Of a stretch of 64,000 nucleotides of DNA, positions 21,121 through 30,985 are shown piece by piece. Numbering within the stretch: position 1 is the stretch's first letter; each line of letters begins with the position of its first letter. The stretch is from an uncultured Verrucomicrobiae bacterium (GTDB lineage Bacteria; Verrucomicrobiota; Verrucomicrobiia; Chthoniobacterales; Chthoniobacteraceae). Location: assembly GCA_963836755.1 (NCBI GenBank), contig CAWIKF010000002.1:160001-224000 (forward strand), given 5' to 3'. A model generated the notes under the pieces. The model saw only the letters and a program-made list of their open reading frames with translations. It was not told the DNA's origin and made no database searches. The position numbers were made by a program, and so were the translations under genes.

Positions 21121-22599
21121 ATGGACCCATTCGATCTCATCCATCAGCAATACAACCGCCGCCAGTTCTTCGGCAAAGCCGCAAAGGGTCTCGGCGGCGC
21201 GGCGCTCGCCTCCATGCTCGGCCAGTCGTTCTTCTCGCAGCTCGCGCGCGCGGCCGCTGTCGGCGATACCGATGCGATCACCGCGGCGCTCCCCAATTTT
21301 GCGCCGAAGGCGAAACGCGCCATCTACCTCTTCATGGCCGGCGCGCCATCGCAGATCGACATGTGGGATTACAAGCCCGGCCTCACAGCCCGCTTCGACA
21401 CGGATCTGCCCGGCTCCATCCGCAACGGCCAGCGCCTCACCGGCATGACCGCGAACCAGACGCGCTTTCCAGTCGCACCCTCGATTTTCAAGTTTGCCCA
21501 GCATGGCAAATCCGGCACGTGGGTCAGCGAGCTGCTCCCATGGACGGCGAAAGTCGTGGACGACCTCGCCATCATCAAGACCGTCTGGACCGATGCGATC
21601 AACCACGAGCCGGCCATCACTTTCATCCAGACCGGCAACATGAACGCCGGAAAACCTTGCCTCGGCTCTTGGGTTTCCTACGGCCTCGGCACGCTCAACG
21701 AGAACCTGCCGACGTTCGTCGTCCTGACGTCAAAGTTCAGCAACAAGAAAAACACGCAGGCGCTTTCCGCGCGGCTATGGTCCTCCGGCTTCCTGCCCTC
21801 TCAGCACGCGGGCGTCGCCCTTCGCGGCTCGGGCGATCCGGTGCTGTATTTGAGCGACCCGCACGGTATCGACCGCGAGACGCGCCGCTTCATGATCGAT
21901 GGCGTCGATGCGCTCAACGAACTCGAACAGGAGCGTGTCGGCGACCCGGAAATCGAAGCGCGCATCTCGCAGTATGAGATGGCGTTTCGCATGCAAGCCT
22001 CCGTCCCCGAGCTCACCGATATCTCCGGTGAAAGTCCGGAAACCTACGACCTCTACGGCCCCGACGTGAAAGAGCCCGGCACCTTCACCTCAAATTGCCT
22101 TCTCGCCCGCCGCCTCGTCGAGCGCGGCTCACGTTTCGTGCAAATTTTCCACCGCGGCTGGGATCACCACTCCGATCTCCCGGCCGAACTCCGGCTGGAA
22201 TGCGCCGACATCGACCAAGCCTGCTACGGCCTCATCACCGATCTCAAGCAACGCGGCATGCTCGAGGACACGCTCGTCATTTGGGGCGGCGAATTTGGCC
22301 GCACCGTTTATTCACAAGGCAAACTCACGCAGACGAACTACGGCCGCGACCACCATCCGCGCTGCTTCACCATGTGGATGGCCGGCGCGGGCATCAAAGC
22401 CGGCACCAGCTACGGAATCACCGACGACTATTGCTACAACATCGTCGAAAATCCCGTTCACATCCGCGACCTCAACGCCACCATCCTCAATCAATTCGGC
22501 ATCGACGCGGAGCGCTTCACTTTCAAGTTCCAAGGGCTCGACCAGCGCCTCATCGGCCCTGATTCGGGCACCAAAGTGATCAAAGAAATTCTCGCGTAG
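21121..22599 (+). CDS. DUF1501 family Tat-exported protein
   Basis: NRRQFF Tat motif, [45 protein letters not shown]. Confidence 0.92.
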   Translation: MDPFDLIHQQYNRRQFFGKAAKGLGGAALASMLGQSFFSQLARAAAVGDTDAITAALPNFAPKAKRAIYLFMAGAPSQIDMWDYKPGLTARFDTDLPGSIRNGQRLTGMTANQTRFPVAPSIFKFAQHGKSGTWVSELLPWTAKVVDDLAIIKTVWTDAINHEPAITFIQTGNMNAGKPCLGSWVSYGLGTLNENLPTFVVLTSKFSNKKNTQALSARLWSSGFLPSQHAGVALRGSGDPVLYLSDPHGIDRETRRFMIDGVDALNELEQERVGDPEIEARISQYEMAFRMQASVPELTDISGESPETYDLYGPDVKEPGTFTSNCLLARRLVERGSRFVQIFHRGWDHHSDLPAELRLECADIDQACYGLITDLKQRGMLEDTLVIWGGEFGRTVYSQGKLTQTNYGRDHHPRCFTMWMAGAGIKAGTSYGITDDYCYNIVENPVHIRDLNATILNQFGIDAERFTFKFQGLDQRLIGPDSGTKVIKEILA

Positions 22600-22639
22600 C
22601 CAGCTACGAATCGCGATTCCGCCAGCGACGCAACTGGCG

Positions 22640-24088
22640 TCAAAGTTTGTAATACTGTTCCCAACCCGGCCGCGGCGGGACGCCCGCGAGAAGCCCGTTT
22701 GCGACTTTGTGATTCGTGATCTGCTTCGTGTCGCGATCGAAGGCGAGCTTCGCATTCACGCGCTGCGCGACCACGCCGAGCGCCATCGTCTGGCAAAGCG
22801 GACCGGCGATCGCGAACGGCGAGCGGGTTTGCTCCTCGCCCTTGCACGCGAGCAGAAAGTTTTTCCAATGATTCGAAGGGCTCTTCGGCACATCTGGAAG
22901 TTTTGACGCCATCTCTTTCGCTTTCGATTCGGGGATGATCTTCAGCGTCGAGCCGTGCGAACCTCCTTTGAAAGTCAGGTCCTCGCCGTAAATGACCTTG
23001 CCAGGCGGAATCGCCGTCGTGCTTAGCGAACCTTTCGACGGGGGCGGGATGTTTGGATCGACGACGGCCGCGCCGAACCCTTCGGGGAGCGGCGGCAAAT
23101 TCTTCACGCCGTCATACCACGTCAACTCCACCGGCGGCATCGTGCCGCGCGCGGGGAATTTGAACAAAAGCGTCGAGGCCTGCGGAAAGATGAATGGATT
23201 CGGTCCGTCGAGTTTCACCGCATCGACCTCGGTCGGCAAACCCATCTCCAGAAATTGATGCGCGGTGTCGAACATGTGCGCGCCCCAGTCGCCGAGAGCG
23301 CCGTTGCCGAAATCGAACCAGGAACGCCAGTCGCCGTGGGTGTAACCGACGTTGTATTTGTGCTGCTCCGCTGTCTCCAGCCAGACATCCCAGTCGAGCG
23401 TCTCCGGGATCGCCTGTTCCGGCAGATAGCCGTCGACTTTCATCCCGTGCCAACGCCGCTTGAGGTTCATGAACGCCGTGATGCGCGTCACGTTTTTGAT
23501 GATCCCTGCCTTCGTCCACGCCTTAAATTGAAAATAGTTCGCCTCGGAGTGCCCTTGGTTGCCCATCTGCGCGTGCACTCCATATTTTTTCTCGGCCGCC
23601 ATCATCAACTCGATCTGCCGAAAACTGTGGCCCATCGGTTTCTCGCAATAGATGTGCTTGCCGAGCGACATCGCGAGCATCGCGATCGGGAAATGCGAAA
23701 AGTCGGGCGTGCCGACGCTCACCGCCTCGATCTCCTTTCCCATCTTGTCGAACATCTGCCGGAAATCCTGGAAGCGCGGCACGTTCGGAAACTTTTTTAA
23801 AATCGGGAGCGTGTGCGGCGCGCCCATGTCGGTATCGCAAAAGGCGACAATGTTCGCGAGGCCAGTCGCGAAAAGAGCGTTCACGTCTTCGCCGCCGCGA
23901 TTGCCGATGCCGCAGCAGGCGAGGTTGACTTTTCCGCTCGGCGATGCGCTTGAAATCGCGGAACCGTCCGCGGCGAAAAGCCGTCGCGGCGTGAAGATTG
24001 ACGCCGCTCCCAGCGTTGCGACGCCTTTCAGAAAAGTGCGCCGATGCATCGCCGCAGCAGGAGTGATTTTTGGATCAGGCGCGCTCAT
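22640..24088 (-). CDS. Tat-exported Gfo/Idh/MocA oxidoreductase
   Basis: HRRTFLK, GIGNRG, VGTPDFSH, CEKP, QMGNQGHS, GALGDWGAH. ATG 24088 overlaps the upstream stop. Confidence 0.9.
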   Translation of the reverse strand: MSAPDPKITPAAAMHRRTFLKGVATLGAASIFTPRRLFAADGSAISSASPSGKVNLACCGIGNRGGEDVNALFATGLANIVAFCDTDMGAPHTLPILKKFPNVPRFQDFRQMFDKMGKEIEAVSVGTPDFSHFPIAMLAMSLGKHIYCEKPMGHSFRQIELMMAAEKKYGVHAQMGNQGHSEANYFQFKAWTKAGIIKNVTRITAFMNLKRRWHGMKVDGYLPEQAIPETLDWDVWLETAEQHKYNVGYTHGDWRSWFDFGNGALGDWGAHMFDTAHQFLEMGLPTEVDAVKLDGPNPFIFPQASTLLFKFPARGTMPPVELTWYDGVKNLPPLPEGFGAAVVDPNIPPPSKGSLSTTAIPPGKVIYGEDLTFKGGSHGSTLKIIPESKAKEMASKLPDVPKSPSNHWKNFLLACKGEEQTRSPFAIAGPLCQTMALGVVAQRVNAKLAFDRDTKQITNHKVANGLLAGVPPRPGWEQYYKL

Positions 24089-25551
24089 TTTCCGGCCTTT
24101 CCGGGAGCCGCGAGTTCGCGAAGTTTCACGTTGCGGAAGAAAACTTCCGAGCCGTGCTCCTGCAATAAAATGTGGCCGTCCGCCCATTCGCCGTAATCGG
24201 GAATGCTATTGAATTTGCTCTCCGCCACCGCCTTGCGAAAAGCCGCGGAGCCACGGTCGAACTGAAGCGTCATCGCGCCATTGAGCCAGAACTCGACGTG
24301 CCGGCCCTTCGACAAAATCCGCGCGTGATTCCACTCGCCGACCGGCATCACTTTTTTGTCCTTCGCCGGCGGGATCAAATCGTAAAGAGCGCCGATCGTG
24401 CGGTCGCCGTCGCGGCCGAGCTTCGCATCGGGATGCAGCTTGTCGTCGAGGATTTGATATTCCAAACCAATGGACGAGCCGACTGCGACAGGCTTGCCGG
24501 TCTTTTTGTCGATCGGCGAAATCTGTGGCTGCACGAAAATTTTGATGCCGCTGTTGCAGCCCGGCGATGTCTTGAAATCAACCTTCAGCTCAAAGTTCGA
24601 GTAAGTTTTCTTCGTGATGATGTCACCGCCGTTTTGCGATTCCGCGTTGCCCGTGGAATTCACCGCGAGCACGCCATCTTTCATGCTCCAGCTTTTCGTC
24701 GGAAATTCATCCGACTTCGCGCCGCGCCAGCCTTCGCTTGTCTTGCCGTCCCATAGCAATTTCCAGCCGTCCGCCTTTTCCTGTGGCGTCAAAGTATTCG
24801 GCTCGGCCGCGTCGGCAGTTTTCGCGGCGGCGGACTTGCCGAGTTCGTGGATGCGAATATTTCGGAAGCGGACTTTGAGGCCGCCTTTTTTCGAGTCGTT
24901 GCCGACGCCGTGCACTTGCAGGCCGATGATGCCGCTCGGGTTCACGGTGTCGCGAATGTCCGTGCGCGCCACGCCGTTCAACCACGTCTTGAGCGACGGT
25001 CCGTCGGCGACGATGCGCAGTTTATTCCACTCGCCATTCTTGCTGATCGCGCGGCCTTGCACGGAAAACGCTGTTCCGTCCTTCCCCTTTTCGCCGTCCG
25101 CCGGGTAGAGCCAGTGGCGCCGCGCCTCGTCCTCGATGCCGCCACTCCACATCCGCGCACGCGGCGCGTCCATGTCGATTTCGCACTGGTAGCCGTAGAC
25201 GCGATCGGGCGGGAACTTGAAAACTTTGCCGTCGATTTCCTCGGTGGTCGCCTCGGGTGAAAGTTGGCTGCGGAATTGCACGCCGGAGTTGAGCAGCGGG
25301 TCGCATTTAAATTCGAGTTCGAGCTCGAAATTCCCATACTTTTTCGCGAGGCAAAGAAAACTATTTCCGGTGCCGGGAATCGACTCGCCGACGATCGTGC
25401 CGTCCTCCACGTAGTATTTGGCCTTGCCGCTGTGCTCGGTCCAGCCGTCGAGATTTTTGCCGTTGAAAAGCTCCACCCAGCCTTCCTCCGCGTGCAGGCG
25501 CGGCGCGATGAGTGCAATGGTGACGATGAGAGCGAGCTTCGATAAACGCAT
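24085..25551 (-). CDS. Secreted tandem DUF1080 (3-ketoglycoside-processing) protein
   Basis: Two repeats of LFNGK/LWDGK...NSG...GEWN...G.I.LQ.H...FRN. Signal peptide from ATG 25551. Confidence 0.88.
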   Translation of the reverse strand: MRLSKLALIVTIALIAPRLHAEEGWVELFNGKNLDGWTEHSGKAKYYVEDGTIVGESIPGTGNSFLCLAKKYGNFELELEFKCDPLLNSGVQFRSQLSPEATTEEIDGKVFKFPPDRVYGYQCEIDMDAPRARMWSGGIEDEARRHWLYPADGEKGKDGTAFSVQGRAISKNGEWNKLRIVADGPSLKTWLNGVARTDIRDTVNPSGIIGLQVHGVGNDSKKGGLKVRFRNIRIHELGKSAAAKTADAAEPNTLTPQEKADGWKLLWDGKTSEGWRGAKSDEFPTKSWSMKDGVLAVNSTGNAESQNGGDIITKKTYSNFELKVDFKTSPGCNSGIKIFVQPQISPIDKKTGKPVAVGSSIGLEYQILDDKLHPDAKLGRDGDRTIGALYDLIPPAKDKKVMPVGEWNHARILSKGRHVEFWLNGAMTLQFDRGSAAFRKAVAESKFNSIPDYGEWADGHILLQEHGSEVFFRNVKLRELAAPGKAGK

Positions 25552-25714
25552 GAGTTCTGAGCGGGGATGTGCTGCGGAAAGCGGTAGGGTTGGGTTTGGA
25601 TTACTAGACCGATGAAACAATGGCAAAGCGAATTCGTTGCATTGTGATTGCGAAAAAGTTGCGCCGCGCGCTGCGGAACCGATTTGCGCGAAGAGGCCAA
25701 TTGCACTAAAACAA

Positions 25715-26713
25715 ATGCGCGTGAGAAACTTTGACCCGCCTCTCGATGCCTCCGCGCGCGCAGTCGATTATTTGCGCATCTCGATCACCGACCGGTGCAA
25801 TGAGCGCTGCCTTTATTGCCTGCCGGAAGGGTTCACCGGCTGGCAGGAACGTGCGGAGATTTTGAGTTTTGACGAGCTTCTCTCCGTGTCGCGGACGGCA
25901 GTGGAAATCGGCTTTCGAAAATTCCGCGTCACCGGCGGCGAACCGCTGCTGCGTCGCGGCGCGGAGGATTTCATCGGCGACTTGATCGCGCTAGCGGGCG
26001 CGGACTCGGTGAGTCTTTCGACAAATGGAACGCGGCTTTCCGCCTGCGCGCCCGCGCTTGGCGCCGCCGGACTGCGCAGCGCGAACATCAGCCTTGATGC
26101 GATCGACGCGGAGATTTACCGGCGCGTCACTGGCGGCAAAGTTTCCGATGTGCTGGCGGGAATAGAAGCGGCGCGTGCGGCGGGGATTTCAAAAATGAAA
26201 CTCAACGCCGTGCTGATGCGCGGTGTGAACGAGACGCAAATCTGGCCGCTGGTCGAGTTCGCGGCGGAGCACCATTTGATTTTGCGATTCATCGAGTTGA
26301 TGCCGGTCAGTCTCACGAGCGTGCTGAACGAGGAGAACTTTTTCCCAGTCGCTGAGGCGAAAAAAATCATCGCCGCACGCATGCCGATGCTGCCGGACAC
26401 GGCGCGCCACGGCAATGGCCCGGCGGTTTATCATCGGTTGCCGGAGATCGGCGCGACCGTCGGATTCATCGGCGCGCTGACCGATTTCCACTTTTGCGAG
26501 ACCTGCAATAAAATGCGGCTGACTGCGGACGGCCACATCCGGCCGTGTCTCGGGCATCACGGCGAGATCGATCTGAAACCGGCGCTGCGCCCGCGCGTGG
26601 ATGCGGAGGAATTGCGCGCGCAGTTTTTGCGGGCGCTGCGTGAGAAGCCGCGCGAGCACAGCTTCCGCGAGAATTATCAGCCGGAGCGCGTGATGACCGC
26701 CATCGGCGGCTGA
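25715..26713 (+). CDS. moaA: GTP 3',8-cyclase MoaA
   Basis: YLRISITDRCNERCLYC, TGGEPLLR, RFIELMP, CETCNKMRLTADG..RPC, terminal IGG. Confidence 0.95.
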   Translation: MRVRNFDPPLDASARAVDYLRISITDRCNERCLYCLPEGFTGWQERAEILSFDELLSVSRTAVEIGFRKFRVTGGEPLLRRGAEDFIGDLIALAGADSVSLSTNGTRLSACAPALGAAGLRSANISLDAIDAEIYRRVTGGKVSDVLAGIEAARAAGISKMKLNAVLMRGVNETQIWPLVEFAAEHHLILRFIELMPVSLTSVLNEENFFPVAEAKKIIAARMPMLPDTARHGNGPAVYHRLPEIGATVGFIGALTDFHFCETCNKMRLTADGHIRPCLGHHGEIDLKPALRPRVDAEELRAQFLRALREKPREHSFRENYQPERVMTAIGG

Positions 26714-26736
26714 TCGGGCGCGCGTTTGCCGAGAAA

Positions 26737-27687
26737 TCAGATGCGGTCGGGTTTGTTCCCGATGCGCCGCGCGTGCGGCTCCGGACGGATGCCGGTGCCG
26801 TGACGCCGTGCATAGACTTGAGTAAATTCCGCGCCGAAAAAGCTGATGAGCGCTGAGTAATAGACCCAGAAAAGCAGCACGACGAATGACCCGGCCGCGC
26901 CGAACGCGCTCGCGACGGCTGTGTGGCCGAGATAAAGCCCGATCAAATATTTTCCCGCCGTGAAAAGCACCGCAGTCGCCGCCGCGCCGATCCATACATC
27001 TTTCCACCCGAGCCGGACATCGGGAAGAAACCGGTAGATCATCGCGAAAAGCAGCGCCGCCACGAGAAATGACGCGCCGATATTCGCGGCGCGCCACAGC
27101 CACGGCACGGTCGGCATCCATGTCGTAAAATAATCCTGCAAGCCGCTGATCGCCGCGCTGAAAATGAGCGAGACGAGCAGGAGAAACCCGACGCCGAGCG
27201 CGATGGCAAACGAGCGGGCGCGATCGACGATCAATTTCATGATGACGCCGCGCTTCGGATCGCTCTCGACGTCCCAGATTTTGTTGAGCGCGGACTGCAA
27301 CTCGCCGAAGACCGCCGTCGCGCCGACGAAAAGCGTGACGACGCCGACGACGACCGGCCAGACGCCGGAGCCGAAGCCGCGCGACGCGGTGATGACCTGG
27401 CGCACCGCGCTCGCGCCATCCGCGCCGACCATGTTGCGCATTTCGCCCTCGATTTTTGACGCGGCGGATTGGCCGCTGAGGAAAAAAGAAGCGACGCCGA
27501 CGGCGATGAGCAGCACCGGCGCGAGGGAAAAAATCGTGTAAAACGCGAGCGAGGCCGAGAAGCGGAACGTGTCGTCATTCCACCATTCCCGGCAGGTGAT
27601 CTTGAAAAGCCGCCACGCTTCCACGGCAGACGAACCGCTGACCTGCGGGCTGGCTGGCGGGAGATTGCGCGCGGTTTCGTCGCTCAT
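26737..27687 (-). CDS. YihY/BrkB family inner membrane protein
   Basis: ASLAFYTIFSLAP, LQSALNKIW, FGAAGSFVVLLFWVYYSA, FGAEF. Confidence 0.9.
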   Translation of the reverse strand: MSDETARNLPPASPQVSGSSAVEAWRLFKITCREWWNDDTFRFSASLAFYTIFSLAPVLLIAVGVASFFLSGQSAASKIEGEMRNMVGADGASAVRQVITASRGFGSGVWPVVVGVVTLFVGATAVFGELQSALNKIWDVESDPKRGVIMKLIVDRARSFAIALGVGFLLLVSLIFSAAISGLQDYFTTWMPTVPWLWRAANIGASFLVAALLFAMIYRFLPDVRLGWKDVWIGAAATAVLFTAGKYLIGLYLGHTAVASAFGAAGSFVVLLFWVYYSALISFFGAEFTQVYARRHGTGIRPEPHARRIGNKPDRI

Positions 27688-27762
27688 TGGATGAAATTTC
27701 GCGCGCCGCGGCGGTCGCGGGCCTCCGAATTTTTCCAAACTTTGACCCAAGCGGCTCAAACA

Positions 27763-27951
27763 GGCGTCGGTGAACCGGAAATCTTCGCCGTGGAAGCCCT
27801 AAAAGGCGTCGGTGAAACGCTATCGGTCGTCGGGGAAGCGAAAAAAGACGTCGGGGAAACGATATCGGACGCAGATTTAGGGCTATTGGACGTCGATGAA
27901 TCGATATCGGACGTCGATGTTGGGCTATCGGACGCACCTTTTGCTCTAAAC
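27763..27951. repeat. Degenerate tandem array of nine 21-bp units (consensus near GACGTCGGTGAAACGCTATCG)
   Basis: Units start at 27763, 27784, 27805, 27826, 27847, 27868, 27889, 27910 and 27931, with no indels. Confidence 0.85.
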
Positions 27952-28100
27952 GAGACATTTTCAGAACAAATGCCGCCTGAGCGCAGCAAAATTAAAAATA
28001 AACGCCGAAAAAAACGTCGGACAACCGCGACGGCTTGCGCGAGCGATGTTTTTTACATGCCTCCGTTTCCAGAGGGCGCAATCCACGGGGCGCGAATTTA

Positions 28101-29171
28101 ATGGAGCGGCGCGCCCGGCTCGATTTTTCAAAACGCGTCCTGCTCGCGGTCAGCATCGCCATCGCGGTGGGCGGCGCGGTCTGGCTGTTCTGCGAGTTTT
28201 CACAGGTGCTTCTTTTCATCTTCGCCGGGCTGCTGCTCGGGGTTTTGCTGCAGGGGCTCGCTGCTTTGCTCACGCGCCTGACCGGGCTTTGGCCGGGCGT
28301 CTCGCTCACGCTGGTGGTCGTCGCGATGCTGGCGGTGATCGGCGTCGGCTGCTGCGTGATCGGCCCGCGGCTCGCGGCGCAATCGGCGGATCTCGCCAAA
28401 ACCATTCCGAAAGGTTTCGACACCGTCCGCGAGGAAGTCGAGTCGTCGTGGGCCGGGGCGGTGTTTTCCTACATCCCGCCGATGTCGAAGATGCTGCCGG
28501 CGCCGCGCGCGCTGCTCGGCGATCTGCCGGGCTTTCTCTCGACCACGAGCGAAGCGGCCGCGATGGCGCTTTTTATTTTTTTCCTCGGCATCTACACGGC
28601 TGCGAATCCGCAGATTTATCGCGAGAGTCTTATCCGGCTCGCGCCTTTGAAAAAACGCGAGCGCCTGCGTGAAATCGCCGATTTGCTCGGCCACGCGCTG
28701 CGCTGGTGGCTGCTCGGGCGCATCGTGACGATGACGGTGATGGGGGCCTTGACGGCATTCGGGCTCTGGCTGCTCGGCGTGCCGATGGCGCTGAGTCTCG
28801 GTGTGATCGCGGGGCTGCTGCAATTTGTCCCGTATCTCGGCGCGATCGTGGCGGCGATTCCCGCGCTGCTGATCGCTTTTACGCAAAGCCCGCTGATGAC
28901 CGCGGAAGTGGCGGCGCTGTATGTCGTGATCCATCTCGTGGAGGGCTACTGCGTGACGCCGCTCATCCAGCAGCGCGCGATCGCCCTGCCGCCGGCGGCG
29001 CTTCTCACGATGCAACTGCTGATGGGAGTGCTTTTCGGCATTCCCGGCGTGATGCTCGCGTCGCCGCTGACGGTCGTTTTCATCGTGCTCGTGCAAACTC
29101 TTTACCTGCAGGATATTCTCGGCGACTCCGTTTCCGTGCTCGGCTCGAACCATCCGGCGCACGATTCCTAG
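28101..29171 (+). CDS. AI-2E family transporter
   Basis: Multi-TM protein with LQFVPYLG, VEGYCVTP, LFGIPGVMLASPL. Confidence 0.88.
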   Translation: MERRARLDFSKRVLLAVSIAIAVGGAVWLFCEFSQVLLFIFAGLLLGVLLQGLAALLTRLTGLWPGVSLTLVVVAMLAVIGVGCCVIGPRLAAQSADLAKTIPKGFDTVREEVESSWAGAVFSYIPPMSKMLPAPRALLGDLPGFLSTTSEAAAMALFIFFLGIYTAANPQIYRESLIRLAPLKKRERLREIADLLGHALRWWLLGRIVTMTVMGALTAFGLWLLGVPMALSLGVIAGLLQFVPYLGAIVAAIPALLIAFTQSPLMTAEVAALYVVIHLVEGYCVTPLIQQRAIALPPAALLTMQLLMGVLFGIPGVMLASPLTVVFIVLVQTLYLQDILGDSVSVLGSNHPAHDS

Positions 29172-29174
29172 GCG

Positions 29175-29690
29175 ATGCACGTGGTCCACTTTTTCGACCA
29201 GCTCCTCGGGTCGCATACGCCGATCGGGGAGCTGAGCATCGTGCAGCTCGTCGCCCGCGCGCTGATCGTCTTTTTTTTCGCGCTCGCGATGGCGCGCTTC
29301 GCCGACAAGCGGGTTTTCGCGAAAAAAACTCCGTTCGATATCATCCTTGCGCTCATCCTCGCCTCGATGCTTTCCCGCGCGATCAATGGCTCCGCGCCGC
29401 TCGCGGGCACGATCGCCGCAGGCTTCGCGATGGTTTTCATCCACCGCTGCATGGGCTGGCTCGCGTGCCGCTGGCCGTTCTTCGGCGAGTTGATCAAGGG
29501 CCACAGCGACACGCTCGTCAAAGATGGGAAAATCATCACCGCCGCCATGCAGCGCAACCGCCTCAGCCATGAAGATCTCAACGAAGATTTGCGGCTAAAA
29601 GCGTCCACTGACGACCTTGCGAAGATCGAGACCGTGCGCATGGAACGCAGTGGCGATGTCAGCGTAGTCCCGCGGGACCAAGCGGGTTAA
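29175..29690 (+). CDS. DUF421/YetF family membrane protein
   Basis: KRVFAKKTPFD, LVKDGKI, MERSGDVSV. Confidence 0.85.
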   Translation: MHVVHFFDQLLGSHTPIGELSIVQLVARALIVFFFALAMARFADKRVFAKKTPFDIILALILASMLSRAINGSAPLAGTIAAGFAMVFIHRCMGWLACRWPFFGELIKGHSDTLVKDGKIITAAMQRNRLSHEDLNEDLRLKASTDDLAKIETVRMERSGDVSVVPRDQAG

Positions 29691-29733
29691 AACTCCCGCG
29701 CGCTGTCCGCGCGTGCGCCGATTAGTTTTGCGC

Positions 29734-30560
29734 ATGAAAATCACTGATACCATCCGCCTCGCATCCGGCGTCGAGATGCCGATGCTCGGCTTCGGCACTT
29801 GGAAATTGAAACCCGATGGCGAAGCGCAACGCGCCGTCGCCGCCGCGCTGGAGATCGGCTACCGGCACATCGATACCGCGTCGGTTTATGAAAACGAACA
29901 GGCCGTCGGCGAAGGCCTGCGCGCCAGCGGCGTCCCGCGCGAGGAAATCTTTCTCACCACCAAACTCTGGAACGACGACATCCGCGGCGGCCGCGAAGCC
30001 TCGATCAAAGCCGCGCACGAATCGCTCCGGCTCTTGCGGGTCGAGTATTTCGACCTTTACCTCATGCACTGGCCGATCGCCGAGCACGAGGCCGACGCAT
30101 GGCGCGCGATGGAGAAACTTTACGAGGATGGCGTCGCCCGCTCCATCGGCGTCTGTAATTACATGCCCGAGCAGATGGATCGGCTCCTCGCCGGCGTCGA
30201 CGTGAAGCCGATGGTCGACCAGGTCGAGTTTCACCCGCACCTCACGCAGCCCGAGCTGCAGAAGTATCTGCGCGAAAAACAAATCGTCGAGGAAGCATGG
30301 TCGCCGATCATGCAAGGCAACGTTGACCTACCCGAGATCGCCGAAATCGCGAAACGCCACGGCAAATCGCCCGCGCAAATCGTCCTCCGCTGGGACCTGC
30401 AGCACGGCATCGTCACCATCCCGAAATCGTCGCATCCCACCCGCATCCGCGAGAACATGGAACTTTCGACTTCGAGCTCTCGCCCGAGGAAATGGCCACG
30501 CTCGATGGCTTGGACAAAGAAAAGCGCTACGGCCCCGACCCACGGAACTTTTCCTTCTGA
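29734..30560 (+). pseudogene. Aldo/keto reductase (2,5-DKG reductase-like) with a 1-nt frameshift near the 3' end
   Basis: GYRHIDTA, TTKLW, DLYLMHWP, IPKS..RIREN. The conserved tail FDFELSPEEMATLDGLD...RYGPDP* continues in another frame after CTTTC at 30463-30467 and ends at TGA 30558-30560. Confidence 0.8.
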
Positions 30561-30784
30561 CCGAAAGCGCAGCTCGCTAGCTCGCGATCCTGCGCGAAGC
30601 TACTTCGCCGCCACAGCCGGCGTCGCGACCGGCTTTTTCGCAGCGCCGTTATCCCGCTTCGCCGCCAGCTCCGTGTCCCCATCGCCGTGCGACATGCGGA
30701 ATCGATCCATCAGCGACGGCTGCTGCGTCTCGTGCGCGATCGCCGCCACCGTCGTATTTATGAAGAGTTCGAGGTGCAGCCGTT

Positions 30785-30985
30785 CCCCCCCTGCCGCCTC
30801 TTTCCGAGTAGAAGCGGATTGTGGCGAACGTGGATGAATTGATGGCCTTGGTAGACGCGGTGGAAACCCAGCTCGCCACCGCCCGCGCCCCCGCCGCGAG
30901 CCTGCTCGCCGCCGCCGTCGCCGAACCGACATCGGCTGAGCGGCGAACAAATTCCGAAGGCAAAACACCTGCTCCGTCGGTCTAG
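30785..30985 (+). pseudogene. hsdS: Remnant of type I restriction-modification specificity subunit C-terminus
   Basis: PPLPPLSE*KRIVANVDELMALVDAVETQLATAR...LLAAAVAE matches the HsdS PLPP..EQ.RIV helix. TAG at 30809-30811 stands where Gln is expected. Confidence 0.75.

Noticed and set aside
25552..25714. Moco riboswitch upstream of moaA
   Set aside because: No convincing multi-stem structure or conserved motif could be identified by eye.
27763..27951. CRISPR array interpretation of the 21-bp repeats
   Set aside because: Units are contiguous and degenerate, with no unique spacers and no cas genes in the window.
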